Source of the DNA: Nitrospirota bacterium
GTDB lineage: Bacteria > Nitrospirota > UBA9217
Assembly: GCA_963818475.1 (NCBI GenBank)
Contig: CAWFSF010000006.1
Coordinates: 2,080,001 to 2,144,000 of the forward strand
Reading direction: 5' to 3'
DNA: 64,000 bases
Position 1 is the first letter of the stretch. Each line of letters begins with the position of its first letter. Position numbers and translations under genes: made by a program. The notes under the pieces were generated by a model. The model worked only from the letters and a program-made list of their open reading frames with translations. It searched no databases and was not told the DNA's origin. Positions 1 to 9,600 of the stretch are shown piece by piece.

Positions 1-855
1 GCCATGGCAAAACTTGCCCAGCGTCTGCTCAACAACCCGGTCCGGGTGGAGATCGCCGGCAAGAAGACCACGCTGGAAGCCATCGAGCAGCGTCTTCATG
101 CCGCCGATGACATGCAGCACAAGAACCGCTTATTGAAGCACCTGATCGCCGACAGCGGCATGACCCGGGCGATCATCTTCTCCGGCACCAAGCGGAATGC
201 CGATCAGCTGGCCAATGAGCTCTCAGCCCAGGGGCACTCGGCAGCGGCGCTCCACGGCGACATGAACCAGAACGCCCGCAACCGGACCATCATGAAGATG
301 AAAAACGGAAAGATCAGGCTGCTCGTGGCAACGGATGTGGCTGCGCGCGGCCTCGACGTCACCGGCATCACCCATGTGATCAATTACGACCTTCCGAAGA
401 ATGCCGAGGATTATGTGCACCGCATCGGCCGTACCGGCCGGGCAGGCGCTACAGGCATCGCCATCTCCTTCGCTTCAGGCAAGGAAGTGGACGCGCTCCG
501 CGCCATCGAGCGCTACATCGGCCAGACCATCCCCCAGCAGGTGATCACGGGACTGGAGCCGATGCGCACGCTTCGCCGCACCGGCAGCAGCAGCCCCTCG
601 TCGCCGTCAGCAGGAAAGCGCTGGCAGGGTGCATCGGCCGGAAAGCGCTACGGGCAGAACACGTCAGCACGACCCTCCTTTGGTGCAAAACCGGCACGGA
701 AGTCCTATGATGCCAAGCCGGCGTTCGGCGACCGGGACCGGAAGTCCTTCGATGCCAAACCTGCATTCAGCGACCGGAAGTGGAGCGCGAAAAAAGAAGG
801 CGGCAAGACCGGAGATTTCAATTCCCGGCCGGCCCGCCCGTCCCGCTGGGCATAA
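1..855 (+). CDS. DEAD-box RNA helicase, C-terminal part (5'-truncated by window)
   Basis: Motifs LHGDM, ATDVAARGLDV, YVHRIGRTGRAG; basic disordered tail. Confidence 0.95.
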   Translation, partial: AMAKLAQRLLNNPVRVEIAGKKTTLEAIEQRLHAADDMQHKNRLLKHLIADSGMTRAIIFSGTKRNADQLANELSAQGHSAAALHGDMNQNARNRTIMKMKNGKIRLLVATDVAARGLDVTGITHVINYDLPKNAEDYVHRIGRTGRAGATGIAISFASGKEVDALRAIERYIGQTIPQQVITGLEPMRTLRRTGSSSPSSPSAGKRWQGASAGKRYGQNTSARPSFGAKPARKSYDAKPAFGDRDRKSFDAKPAFSDRKWSAKKEGGKTGDFNSRPARPSRWA

Positions 856-887
856 GCTCCTCTTCAACCGAAGTCATTTTATTCATC

Positions 888-915
888 AAGCGCCTCTTCA
901 CGAGGCGCTTTTTTT
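888..915 (+). terminator. Rho-independent terminator
   Basis: AAGCGCCTC-ttcac-GAGGCGCTT then T-run. Confidence 0.85.
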
Positions 916-950
916 ATTATTGAAAGAAGCCGAACACCTCTCCCATTATC

Positions 951-1031
951 AACCGCGAATACACACGAATACACGCTAATAATTTCTCTTTGGTTTTCCT
1001 GATTTGTGTTCATTAGCGTCCATTAGCGGTT
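951..1031. repeat. Palindromic REP-like element built from 10-nt sub-repeats
   Basis: aaccgcgaat acacacgaat acacgctaat ... gatttgtgtt cattagcgtc cattagcggtt; arms are imperfect reverse complements. Confidence 0.7.
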
Positions 1032-1263
1032 CCAACGCTTATTTCCCAATACAGAACTCATTAAACCAGAAGTACGAACGACTGTCTCACGCAGAGCCTT
1101 AGAGAGCGCAAGGAAATCAACTACACGAACAGAGCAAACCTATCGTACGAAAGAACCGAATAGAACGGTGTTCCTTTGCATCCCTACTAATTTTTCATAA
1201 CTATTCTCACCTTTGCAAATGAATCCTCTGATGAGTTCGCCGTTAATTCAATCAGTTAAGATT

Positions 1264-1279
1264 TGGCACGCCTGATGCA
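1264..1279 (+). promoter_or_regulatory. sigma54 -24/-12 promoter
   Basis: TGGCACGcctgATGCA, GG-N10-GC, 40 nt upstream of the 1319 ATG. Confidence 0.75.
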
Positions 1280-1318
1280 ATAAGACAGGCAAGAAAGAAC
1301 GAAAGCGAGGAAACAATA

Positions 1319-1645
1319 ATGAAGACCACCATAGCAAAAAAAGCGGCATTCGGAGGAGCGGGAGCAGGCTTGGTACTGTTCGCACTCTTCGGACTGATCC
1401 CAGGAAGCCTGCTGGGCGGCGCAGCCGGGATCAAGCTTGCAGGAGCGTTCTACGGCCTCCCGCTGGAATCAGGACTCGCGGCTCGCGCCATGGTACTCGC
1501 ATCCATGCTTGTCGGCGTCATGGCGTCCGGCATCACGATCGTCACGGCAACCTCAGCAGCAGGGTGGCTCGTCGGCAACACTGCAGTAACAATGTTCAGA
1601 TCGCCGGCAGAAGCTGAAATGCAGGTTCTGGCAAAGAAAAACTAA
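1319..1645 (+). CDS. Small Gly/Ala-rich membrane protein (paralog of next gene)
   Basis: GAGG RBS; hydrophobic Gly-zipper-like helices; GLIPGSLLGG motif. Confidence 0.8.
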   Translation: MKTTIAKKAAFGGAGAGLVLFALFGLIPGSLLGGAAGIKLAGAFYGLPLESGLAARAMVLASMLVGVMASGITIVTATSAAGWLVGNTAVTMFRSPAEAEMQVLAKKN

Positions 1646-1708
1646 CAGACGATTTAATAAAATCAACGTGATCCATCGAGATCACCAAACAGGTAAAAGG
1701 AGATTGTC

Positions 1709-2026
1709 ATGAAGAACGAAACAGTAAAAACGGGAATGAAGATCGGTGCAACAGTGGGCGGACTGGTGTTTGTGGTGGCGGGGATCGTACCGGGATTCTA
1801 CTTCGGCAGCTTCGGGACCCTGATCCTGCTCCAAAAGATCATGGGCGGCGCTGTTGAACCTACGCTCTTTGTGCGGGCCGCGATCGTGATGGGCATCGGT
1901 GTTGGGATCGCCTGTGCAGCCACGGTAAGCATTGTGGTCGGCGGACTGCTCGGCACGGCGGCCGGGTTCATCGCATCTGCCCCCGCATCGCTCCGCAGTC
2001 GGAAGGAAGCAGCTCAGGCAGCATAA
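1709..2026 (+). CDS. Small Gly/Ala-rich membrane protein
   Basis: AAGGAG RBS; GIVPGFYFGS motif aligns with previous gene. Confidence 0.85.
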   Translation: MKNETVKTGMKIGATVGGLVFVVAGIVPGFYFGSFGTLILLQKIMGGAVEPTLFVRAAIVMGIGVGIACAATVSIVVGGLLGTAAGFIASAPASLRSRKEAAQAA

Positions 2027-2047
2027 GTGAGAGTGTGGATGCAAAAC

Positions 2048-2077
2048 GAAGGCGGTGAGCAATCACCGCCTTTTTTT
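2048..2077 (+). terminator. Rho-independent terminator
   Basis: GAAGGCGGTGA-gcaa-TCACCGCCTT then T-run. Confidence 0.85.
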
Positions 2078-2190
2078 ATTTTCAAGACGTCCTCCGCTCG
2101 CCCCATTGCCCTCTTTCCTGATAGGGAGATCGCTATTCCAGGGGAATGGCATGGCATCCTATCGGCACACTGCCTGCCCGGCTTGAACGG

Positions 2191-2382
2191 TCAGGCAGAG
2201 AACAGCGGCATCTGATTCTTGCTCGTTTCCTCTTTGCCTGCATGCCGTCCATATCGTTCTGCGATCTTGTAGATCCTGTCGTGGAACATGTTCTCATCGA
2301 TGGAGCCTGTCTTAAATTCCTCCACGATCAAATAGAACGTCTCAAGGAGTTCTTTTTCCACCCATCCTGAACCAGCACTCAT
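2191..2382 (-). CDS. Small hypothetical protein, 63 aa (MSAGSGWVEKELL...QMPLFSA)
   Basis: GAAGGAG RBS before ATG 2382; 3' part of track ORF 2191..2748. Confidence 0.5.
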   Translation of the reverse strand: MSAGSGWVEKELLETFYLIVEEFKTGSIDENMFHDRIYKIAERYGRHAGKEETSKNQMPLFSA

Positions 2383-2626
2383 AATTCTGTATTCTCCTTC
2401 TCGATCCGACAAAGCGTTATTACAAGAGCGATAGAATACAAAAAAGCACAATAAATTGCAAGGAATTTTGGGAGCATCCCCCCAATAAATGTTCGGTCTG
2501 ATAAAAGCGATCATCAATAAAAATGCAACCAAAAAAAGAAATATCAACATCACCATCTTCCGCCAATAAAGGACTTTTTTTGTCTTATATTTGGTGTATA
2601 ATAGAGTAGAAAGAGAGGATGAAGCC

Positions 2627-3718
2627 ATGATCTCAAAAATACTCATAGGATCATTGATCCTTTTGCCGTTGCTGGTCACCCATATTGATGCCGCTGATGT
2701 CCCTTCCCTGCAGAAAGCGACCTTTGCAGGCGGCTGCTTCTGGTGCATGGAACCACCCTTTGAGAAATTGGACGGCGTGAAGGAGGTCGTATCGGGCTAT
2801 ACCGGAGGCAGCACCGTCAACCCGACCTATGAAGAAGTTACGGCCGGGAAAACGGGGCATCTCGAGTCCATTGAGGTGACCTTCGACCCGGCGAAAATGT
2901 CCTACGAAAAACTTCTTGATGTCTTCTGGAGACAGATAAACCCCACCGATGCCGGCGGGTCCTTCGTGGACCGCGGCACGTCGTACAAATCGGCCATCTT
3001 TTACCATACCGATGAGCAGAAGAGGCTTGCTGAGGCCTCGAAAAGCAAGCTCCAGCAATCGGGGCGTTTCGTCAAACCGATCGTGACCGAGATCCGTGCT
3101 GCCGGACCTTTTTACCGGGCCGAGGATTACCACCAGGATTATTGGAAAAAGAACCCGGTTCGGTATAAGTTCTACCGCTACAATTCAGGCCGGGACCAGT
3201 ACCTTGAAAAGGTCTGGGGAAAGGAGAAAGCCATGCAAAGTGGCAACGCTGCTGCCGGCACTTTTGTAAAACCGTCCAAGGATGAGTTGAAGAAAAAGCT
3301 GACAGCTACTCAGTTCAAAGTATCTCAGGAGAACGGCACCGAGCCTGCCTTTAAGAACGAGTACTGGAATAACCACCGGGAAGGTATCTATGTGGATATC
3401 GTATCCGGCGAACCACTCTTCAGCTCCCTGGATAAGTACGAGTCCGGCACGGGATGGCCAAGCTTTACCCGGCCGCTTGAACCCGGAAACATCGTGGAGA
3501 AGGAGGACCGGAGCTGGTTCTCGGTCCGTACCGAGGTCCGGAGCAGAGAGGGAGACTCGCACCTGGGTCATGTGTTCAATGACGGCCCAAAACCCACGGG
3601 CCTCCGTTATTGCATGAACTCGGCAGCGCTCCGCTTCATTGCAAAGGAAGACCTTGTCAAGGAAGGTTACGGAAGGTATGTGACGCTCTTCGAGAAGCTA
3701 TACAGGACGACCGGATGA
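2627..3718 (+). CDS. msrAB: Exported bifunctional methionine sulfoxide reductase MsrA/MsrB
   Basis: Signal peptide; GGCFWC and YHQDY (MsrA); GWPSF, HLGHVF, RYCMNS (MsrB). Confidence 0.95.
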   Translation: MISKILIGSLILLPLLVTHIDAADVPSLQKATFAGGCFWCMEPPFEKLDGVKEVVSGYTGGSTVNPTYEEVTAGKTGHLESIEVTFDPAKMSYEKLLDVFWRQINPTDAGGSFVDRGTSYKSAIFYHTDEQKRLAEASKSKLQQSGRFVKPIVTEIRAAGPFYRAEDYHQDYWKKNPVRYKFYRYNSGRDQYLEKVWGKEKAMQSGNAAAGTFVKPSKDELKKKLTATQFKVSQENGTEPAFKNEYWNNHREGIYVDIVSGEPLFSSLDKYESGTGWPSFTRPLEPGNIVEKEDRSWFSVRTEVRSREGDSHLGHVFNDGPKPTGLRYCMNSAALRFIAKEDLVKEGYGRYVTLFEKLYRTTG

Positions 3719-4103
3719 TCTCTCGAAGGCATCCTTCTCGTTATAGATATTTTCATGCTGATAGCCGCTTCGTGCTCGCTGACGGCTTCCCGGTCCCTTT
3801 TTTTGCGTTCCGCGGGCCTTCTGCCGCTAAGAGGGGCAGCCTACGAACAGCGCAAACCATTTCCCACGAATACCAAGAACCTGTTTCGCCCGACTGTACC
3901 CTTGCATGGCATATTGCAACCATGACCAGGGTCTGAACCTGCATTCATAAGAAGGAATTTTCATACACCAGGGAACGTCCTGTTATATCGAGCAAAGTCG
4001 TTCATATGTCGTTAATACGCACGTATTTACGCAGGAAATACCAGACAACTTCAGACCAGTCTCCAGACAGTATAAACCGGATGCGTACAACTTATACTCC
4101 GGG

Positions 4104-4149
4104 AATCAACAGGTTACGTCGCAAAATCACACATGGCACAGCGTTTGCT
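4104..4149 (+). promoter_or_regulatory. IHF site plus sigma54 promoter
   Basis: AATCAAcaggTTA (WATCAANNNNTTR) at 4104-4116; TGGCACAgcgtTTGC at 4134-4148. Confidence 0.75.
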
Positions 4150-4243
4150 TTATAGCGTAGAGGGAGGAGATAAGCGTGATCCGGCTCAACAGGCTCACTG
4201 GCCGAAGGTTCCGCGCTGTTGCAAACATTTCAGGAGGTGCCTT

Positions 4244-4501
4244 ATGAATCTCAGTTTTCTTCCAAACAGAAAAACTTTACGCCAAGAGAGAGAGACTATG
4301 CGCGAAGAGATTGAACAGTGGATCGCGCTCAGGAAACTGGACACCCTGCTGGGGGTGTGCAACAGCTGCATGTACAAGGTCTTCGACTTCATCCTTACCC
4401 AGGAATGCCGCACCTGCACGGTGCGGGATGGGATACTCAGGATCACGAAAGAAGAGCAGCGGGAAGCATGGAAGGAAGACGAGTTTCTGGGGGTTTGCTG
4501 A
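4244..4501 (+). CDS. Small 85-aa protein with two CxxC motifs (putative Zn-binding)
   Basis: AGGAGGT RBS before ATG 4244; CNSC...CRTC. Confidence 0.7.
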   Translation: MNLSFLPNRKTLRQERETMREEIEQWIALRKLDTLLGVCNSCMYKVFDFILTQECRTCTVRDGILRITKEEQREAWKEDEFLGVC

Positions 4502-4666
4502 AAAGGGGACGAAAAGCTGAAATTCACGCCTCGGCCTGACCGGGTGCCACAGACTTGGTAGCATCCTATCGAGACGAGCATCTGAACGAATCATTGAGAC
4601 CTGTGCTAAGAAAATAGGGCCATCGGACAGATACAAACGTATTTAATACCAGAGATCACAGCACAT

Positions 4667-4708
4667 AAAAACGGCTGCCAGGGCATTCCCTGACAGCCGT
4701 TTTTTTTT
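4667..4708. terminator. Bidirectional terminator
   Basis: AAAACGGCTG.CAGGG-catt-CCCTG.CAGCCGTTTT with A- and T-runs, between convergent genes. Confidence 0.85.
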
Positions 4709-4763
4709 ATATTCTTGAATCTTCTCGCCGTTACTGCTTGAGCCTTGCGGAACCTGGCGATAA

Positions 4764-6119
4764 TCAGCGGGTCGAGCCCGGTTTGCTGGTGTGCGGCCGA
4801 AACGACCGGGCGCCGGCGGGACGGGCCGTCGGCGTTGACGATCCCCCTGGTCCAGCGCTGCGCTGCTGATGAGCTGCATGCGTCTTCGGCCGTGCTCCTG
4901 CACCGTGCGATCCGCCATGCTCCGCTTTCGGCTGGGTTCTCCGGCGCTGCGGCTCACGCGGCGGGCGGGCGAATTCGGCATCGCGCGCAGGGGCTGATTT
5001 TTTGTAATCGAAATCCTTCAGCGTGCGCCGCTCGATCTTCTCGCCCAGCACCCGCTCTATGCTCCGAACCAGCGGCTCGTCCTCACGGCTGACGAACGTA
5101 AAAGCGTCGCCCGTCTTGGCCGCGCGGCCCGTCCTGCCGATGCGGTGCGTGTAAGCATCGGTCGTGTCCGGGATATCATAGTTGATGACGTGGGATATGG
5201 ACGAAACATCGATGCCGCGGGCAGCGATGTCCGTTGCCACCAGGATCTGGTAGGCGCCGCTCCTGAACCCGTCGAGCGCTTCCTGGCGTTTGTTCTGGGA
5301 CAGGTTCCCTTGGAGCGAGGCGGCCTTGTATCCTGCTTTTTCTAGCTGCTGCCCGATGCGCTTGGCGCGGTGCTTGGTGCGCGTGAAGATCAGGATCGAT
5401 TCCGTGTCCGTATGCTTCAGGAGCTCCATCAGGAGCCCGGTCTTCAGATGCTGCTCGACCGGATAGAGCGCGTGTGACACGGTGTTGGCCGGGGCCGTAT
5501 GGCCCACCTGGACCGTGACCGGGCTATGCAGCACTTCATGGGCCAGTTTCCGAATGTCGTCGGCCATGGTGGCCGAGAACATGAGGTTCTGGCGCTTCAC
5601 CGGCAGCTGTTTCATGATCCTGCGGATATCGGGCAGGAAGCCCATATCGAACATGCGGTCCGCCTCGTCGAGCACCAGGACCTCGAGATGCGAAAGATCG
5701 ATGGTCCGCTGATTGATGTGGTCCAGCAAGCGGCCCGGGCAGGCGACAACGATGTCGACGCCTTCGCGCAGCCGCTGGATCTGCGGGTTCACGCCCACAC
5801 CGCCGTAAATGGTGCAGCTTCGCAGCTTCGTGTCGCGGCCGAGCGCCACGATCGCGACGTGAATCTGCTCCGCCAGTTCGCGCGTGGGCGCGATGATCAG
5901 CGTGCGAACCTTCCCACGCGTGCCCGGGAGCAGGCGCTGCAGAATCGGCAGCACAAAAGCCGCGGTCTTGCCGGTCCCGGTCTGGGCAAGGCCCATGACA
6001 TCCTTGCCTTCGAGCACCGGCGGGATGGCCTGGACCTGGATGGGGGTCGGAGTGGTATAGCCGAGCGCCTTGACGCCCGTCATTATCTGCGGATGAAGCT
6101 TGAACGAATTGAAACCCAT
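4764..6119 (-). CDS. rhlE: DEAD-box RNA helicase, RhlE-like
   Basis: Q motif, AQTGTGKT, PTRELA, DEADRMFDMGF, SAT, HRIGRTGRA. Confidence 0.9.
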   Translation of the reverse strand: MGFNSFKLHPQIMTGVKALGYTTPTPIQVQAIPPVLEGKDVMGLAQTGTGKTAAFVLPILQRLLPGTRGKVRTLIIAPTRELAEQIHVAIVALGRDTKLRSCTIYGGVGVNPQIQRLREGVDIVVACPGRLLDHINQRTIDLSHLEVLVLDEADRMFDMGFLPDIRRIMKQLPVKRQNLMFSATMADDIRKLAHEVLHSPVTVQVGHTAPANTVSHALYPVEQHLKTGLLMELLKHTDTESILIFTRTKHRAKRIGQQLEKAGYKAASLQGNLSQNKRQEALDGFRSGAYQILVATDIAARGIDVSSISHVINYDIPDTTDAYTHRIGRTGRAAKTGDAFTFVSREDEPLVRSIERVLGEKIERRTLKDFDYKKSAPARDAEFARPPREPQRRRTQPKAEHGGSHGAGARPKTHAAHQQRSAGPGGSSTPTARPAGARSFRPHTSKPGSTR

Positions 6120-6366
6120 GGTACCTACTTTCTGTGCGACAACAGGTGAAAAGCGGCACAGACCCCTGTCGCTGGGGGAACGACCGCCTGGGCATAACGG
6201 CGGACAGGAAAAAGCTCCTGGCAGTCCTTAGCCCTATCGAAAAAACAGTGTAACATTGGTAGCTGAAGCAGGATATGACCGATGATCTTCGTGTTAGGAG
6301 GACGTTGTGAGCGGATAGCTGCAGAGAGTCTCTAACGACGGTTATGGCAGTCACTTCAATGCACTC

Positions 6367-6395
6367 ACTATAACCTTATACCAGCATACTGTCAA
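6367..6395 (-). promoter_or_regulatory. sigma70 promoter for the helicase, giving a ~240-nt leader
   Basis: TTGACA-17 nt-TATAGT on minus strand. Confidence 0.7.
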
Positions 6396-6587
6396 TGCAT
6401 TTGTTGCTGCGGGCGCCTAAACAAGAATGCAACCCCTTTTTTTCCTACTATATTAATGATTAATGCAGCATCTATCAGGATTGGGTTATTTTTGTCTGTC
6501 TCCAATTCACTGAAGGGCGGGGAGTACAGCGTTTTCTTTCAGGGCTGATCTTGGCGGCAATTCGGAACAAAGAGGAAGGCTTTGCAT

Positions 6588-6620
6588 GAAAAGGCCCCTG
6601 GAATATCCAGGGGCCTTCTT
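6588..6620 (-). terminator. Terminator closing the large secreted-protein cluster
   Basis: AAGGCCCCTGGA-ata-TCCAGGGGCCTT hairpin just past the 6656 stop. Confidence 0.8.
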
Positions 6621-6655
6621 TACTTCGGGCCGGTCGTGTTCCCTTCCGGCTTCAT

Positions 6656-9600
6656 CTAATTTATCAACTCCAACAGGTACCACTTCCTCTCCCAGACCTT
6701 GAGCAGTTCATCGAGCCCGGTGCGTAGAGCGGGTGCATCAATCGATAGCATTCGCACCTCCTCGATTGCCTGGAGGATGAGCTTGATGTTATCTTCAGCA
6801 ACCCTCCTGGTTCCGGCATTCGTATCCACGAGCATCAGAAGGTCGATGGCTTTCGCGACCCGATCAGCATCGGAAACCGTTTTGACGGCCAAGGCACGCA
6901 AGTCAGCGAGGACCATCCCGAGCTGTTCGCCGGAGCTGTTCTGCACGGTGAGCATAAGCTCATACTGGCCGTACGTCCTGAAGAACCCGTTATTGTTGTA
7001 GGCCAATTCGGTTTTCGTCAGGTAGCTGCCGGCCGCATCCGGAAGGTTGAGATAGTACCCGAATCCGGCCCTTTCGTTCGCCGTCATGGATTTCTGCCAT
7101 GTTAATGTGTCATCCACAGGCGTTACCCGAGGAACGACGGTGTCAACGGTCGCACCGTAAGGGAGGCTTTCGATCATCTTCATTTCCACAGGTTCGGTTG
7201 AATTCGTGACGGTTATCCTGATGGGCGCGCTCCCCAGGGCACTCGACGTTTGCGCCGCAGGCCGTACGAAGTTGAGGCTTTCGATGAGCAGTGCGGAAGC
7301 AAGCGACTGATCGTCCGCGTTCAGAAGATCGAAGGTGTAGAGAAGAACCTTGCCTCGTTCATACTGGTTGAAAACGACGGCAGGATAGACATCCTTCTTA
7401 TCGAGAACCGAGCCAAACATCTGAGCTGTCGTGGAGGTGATCGCCGATACGATGCTCTTTCCGGTTGCCCGGAGAGATCCCTCGATGCTGACAGGACTCT
7501 CTTGCAACGTTATCGTCAGGTTATCGCTGGTCGTCTTGCCAGAGAATTTCAGGCCGAAGGCGTCGTCCAGGAATGGATCTGCATTCGGTTTTGTCTTGAT
7601 GAAGATAAGCCCGTCACCGGAGAACACCGATTCCCGGATTTCCCCGCCGATGAGCGGGTCCTTGACATCGATCAGGATGTAGGTGTTGTATCTTCCTGAT
7701 CGAAGCGCTATCGTAAAGTCGTCCACTGTTTCAGTGACAGTATAGGTCAGATTGAGTGACGTCAGGAGTCTGTTCAACATCTGCAAATCTGCCTGCTTCT
7801 GAGCAAGGTCCGAATTGTCGCTCTCAACGCCGACAAGGATGATCGAGTCGGCTGCTGTCTTCTTCTCCATCTCCATGATGATCAGCCGCACGGTGATCGA
7901 TGTTTCAGCCTCTTCGTTCAGGACGTTGTCCGTCGCCCTATAAGCTAGAGTATATTGCCCTGCCTTCATCCCGGCAAGGCTGAAGCTTCCCGAATACACC
8001 TGCCATGCGCCATTATTGATGCGGTACGCGGCTGTTCTTACGCCGGATAAGGCATCAGCCGGCATCAAGCTGAAAGATGTCGAAGGAGACACCGTATTGA
8101 TTACACCCTCAATCAACGGGTCTGACGCCGAAATCGAGGTCTGCGGCGCTGTTTTGTCAAGGATGACGGCGAGTTCTTCTATGTCCCCGCGATTATCCAG
8201 GTTATCGACGGACCGATATCTGATTGTGCGGGTTCCCTCATTATAGGAAGACAGCGTGAACATGGTCGTATAAGCGCTCCACGGTCCTCCATCGATACTG
8301 TATTCGACTTTACTTACTCCGCTTACCGCGTCCACGGCAGTAATGGTTACTCCGGTGCTGCTGCTCACATACAGTTTTCCCTCAGACGGGTATTGAGGAA
8401 CTCCAACCGTTACCGTTGATACCGGCGCGGCATTGTCCACGATCACGGCAAGCGTCTTAAAGGTCTCCGTATTCAATACATTGTCCCTGCTATAGTAGTC
8501 GATCGAATGCATACCTTCAGAGGCAATCGTGAACGGCGCATATGTCGTCCATTCTCCGCCGTCTATCCGGTACTCGGTCAGAGCAGCGCCGGAGATATTG
8601 TCCGTCGCGGAAAGGATGAACGTCGTGGAACCCGTTACATAGAGCTTCCCGTCAGCCGCGGTATACTTCGGCTCGCCGGTCATAATGGTCGTCACCGGCG
8701 GGGTTTTGTCTGCAAGCACGGCAAGCGTCTTGAAGGTCTCAGCGTTGGATACGTTGTCCTTGCTGTAATAGTCGATCGTGTGCGTGCCTTCCGTTAAAAT
8801 TGCAAAAGGCGAATAGGTCGTCCATGCTCCACCGTCGATCCGGTACTCGGTGGCCGCAATACCGGAGAGATTATCAGCTGCGGCAAGCGTAACGGTTGTG
8901 CCGTCCGTGATGTACAGTTTCCCGTCAGCGGCAGTGAACTGCTGTCCGTTTGTTGTGATCGTTGTCAGCGGCGGCGTGTTGTCCACAATTGCTGCAAAGG
9001 TCTTATCCGGCTCGGAATTGGCAACATTGTCCCTGCTGTGATAAAGGATCGTATGGCTGCCTTCTGCCGGGATCCAAAAGGGAGCAGCCGTGATCCACGG
9101 CCCGGCATCCAGCTTGAATTCGGCCATGGCCACGCCGCTCAGGGCATCCACGGTTGAAAGCGTGAAGGACGTGTTTTGCGTGACATAAACGGAGCCGTCC
9201 GGTCCGATATACCTGGGCTCGCTCGAAGCGAGCGTCGTCACGGGGACTGTTGTGTCCAGTGTTACGGCAAGAGTATGATACTCTTCGGTGTTGGTTGCCC
9301 GGTCGACGGCCCGATAGTCCAGAGTGAGCGGTCCATCACTCATTCCTGCAAGTGCTGCCGGCGTCTGGTACACGTTCCACGCCGCCTCATTCGTCCGATA
9401 CTCGAGTTTGTCCACGCCGGACATGATCGTGCCCGGATCGGACCCAGCCAGGGTCAACGGAGTCGCGCCGGCAACGTAAAGCAGTCCGTTGCTCTCGAAC
9501 GTCGGCGATCCTATGGTCATCGTACTGGTGGGCCTGGTCTTGTCTATGAAGAACGCATAGACTTCGCTCAAGCTGTTTCCCGCCTTGTCCCGGGCTTGTA

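Noticed and set aside
4496-4560. Cys-TGA at the end of the small CxxC protein as a CU selenoprotein motif
   Set aside because: No strong hairpin at SECIS distance and the extension has no recognisable features
6256-6264. TTGGTAGC as an att copy of the tRNA 3' end
   Set aside because: Only 8 nt, expected by chance; no integrase
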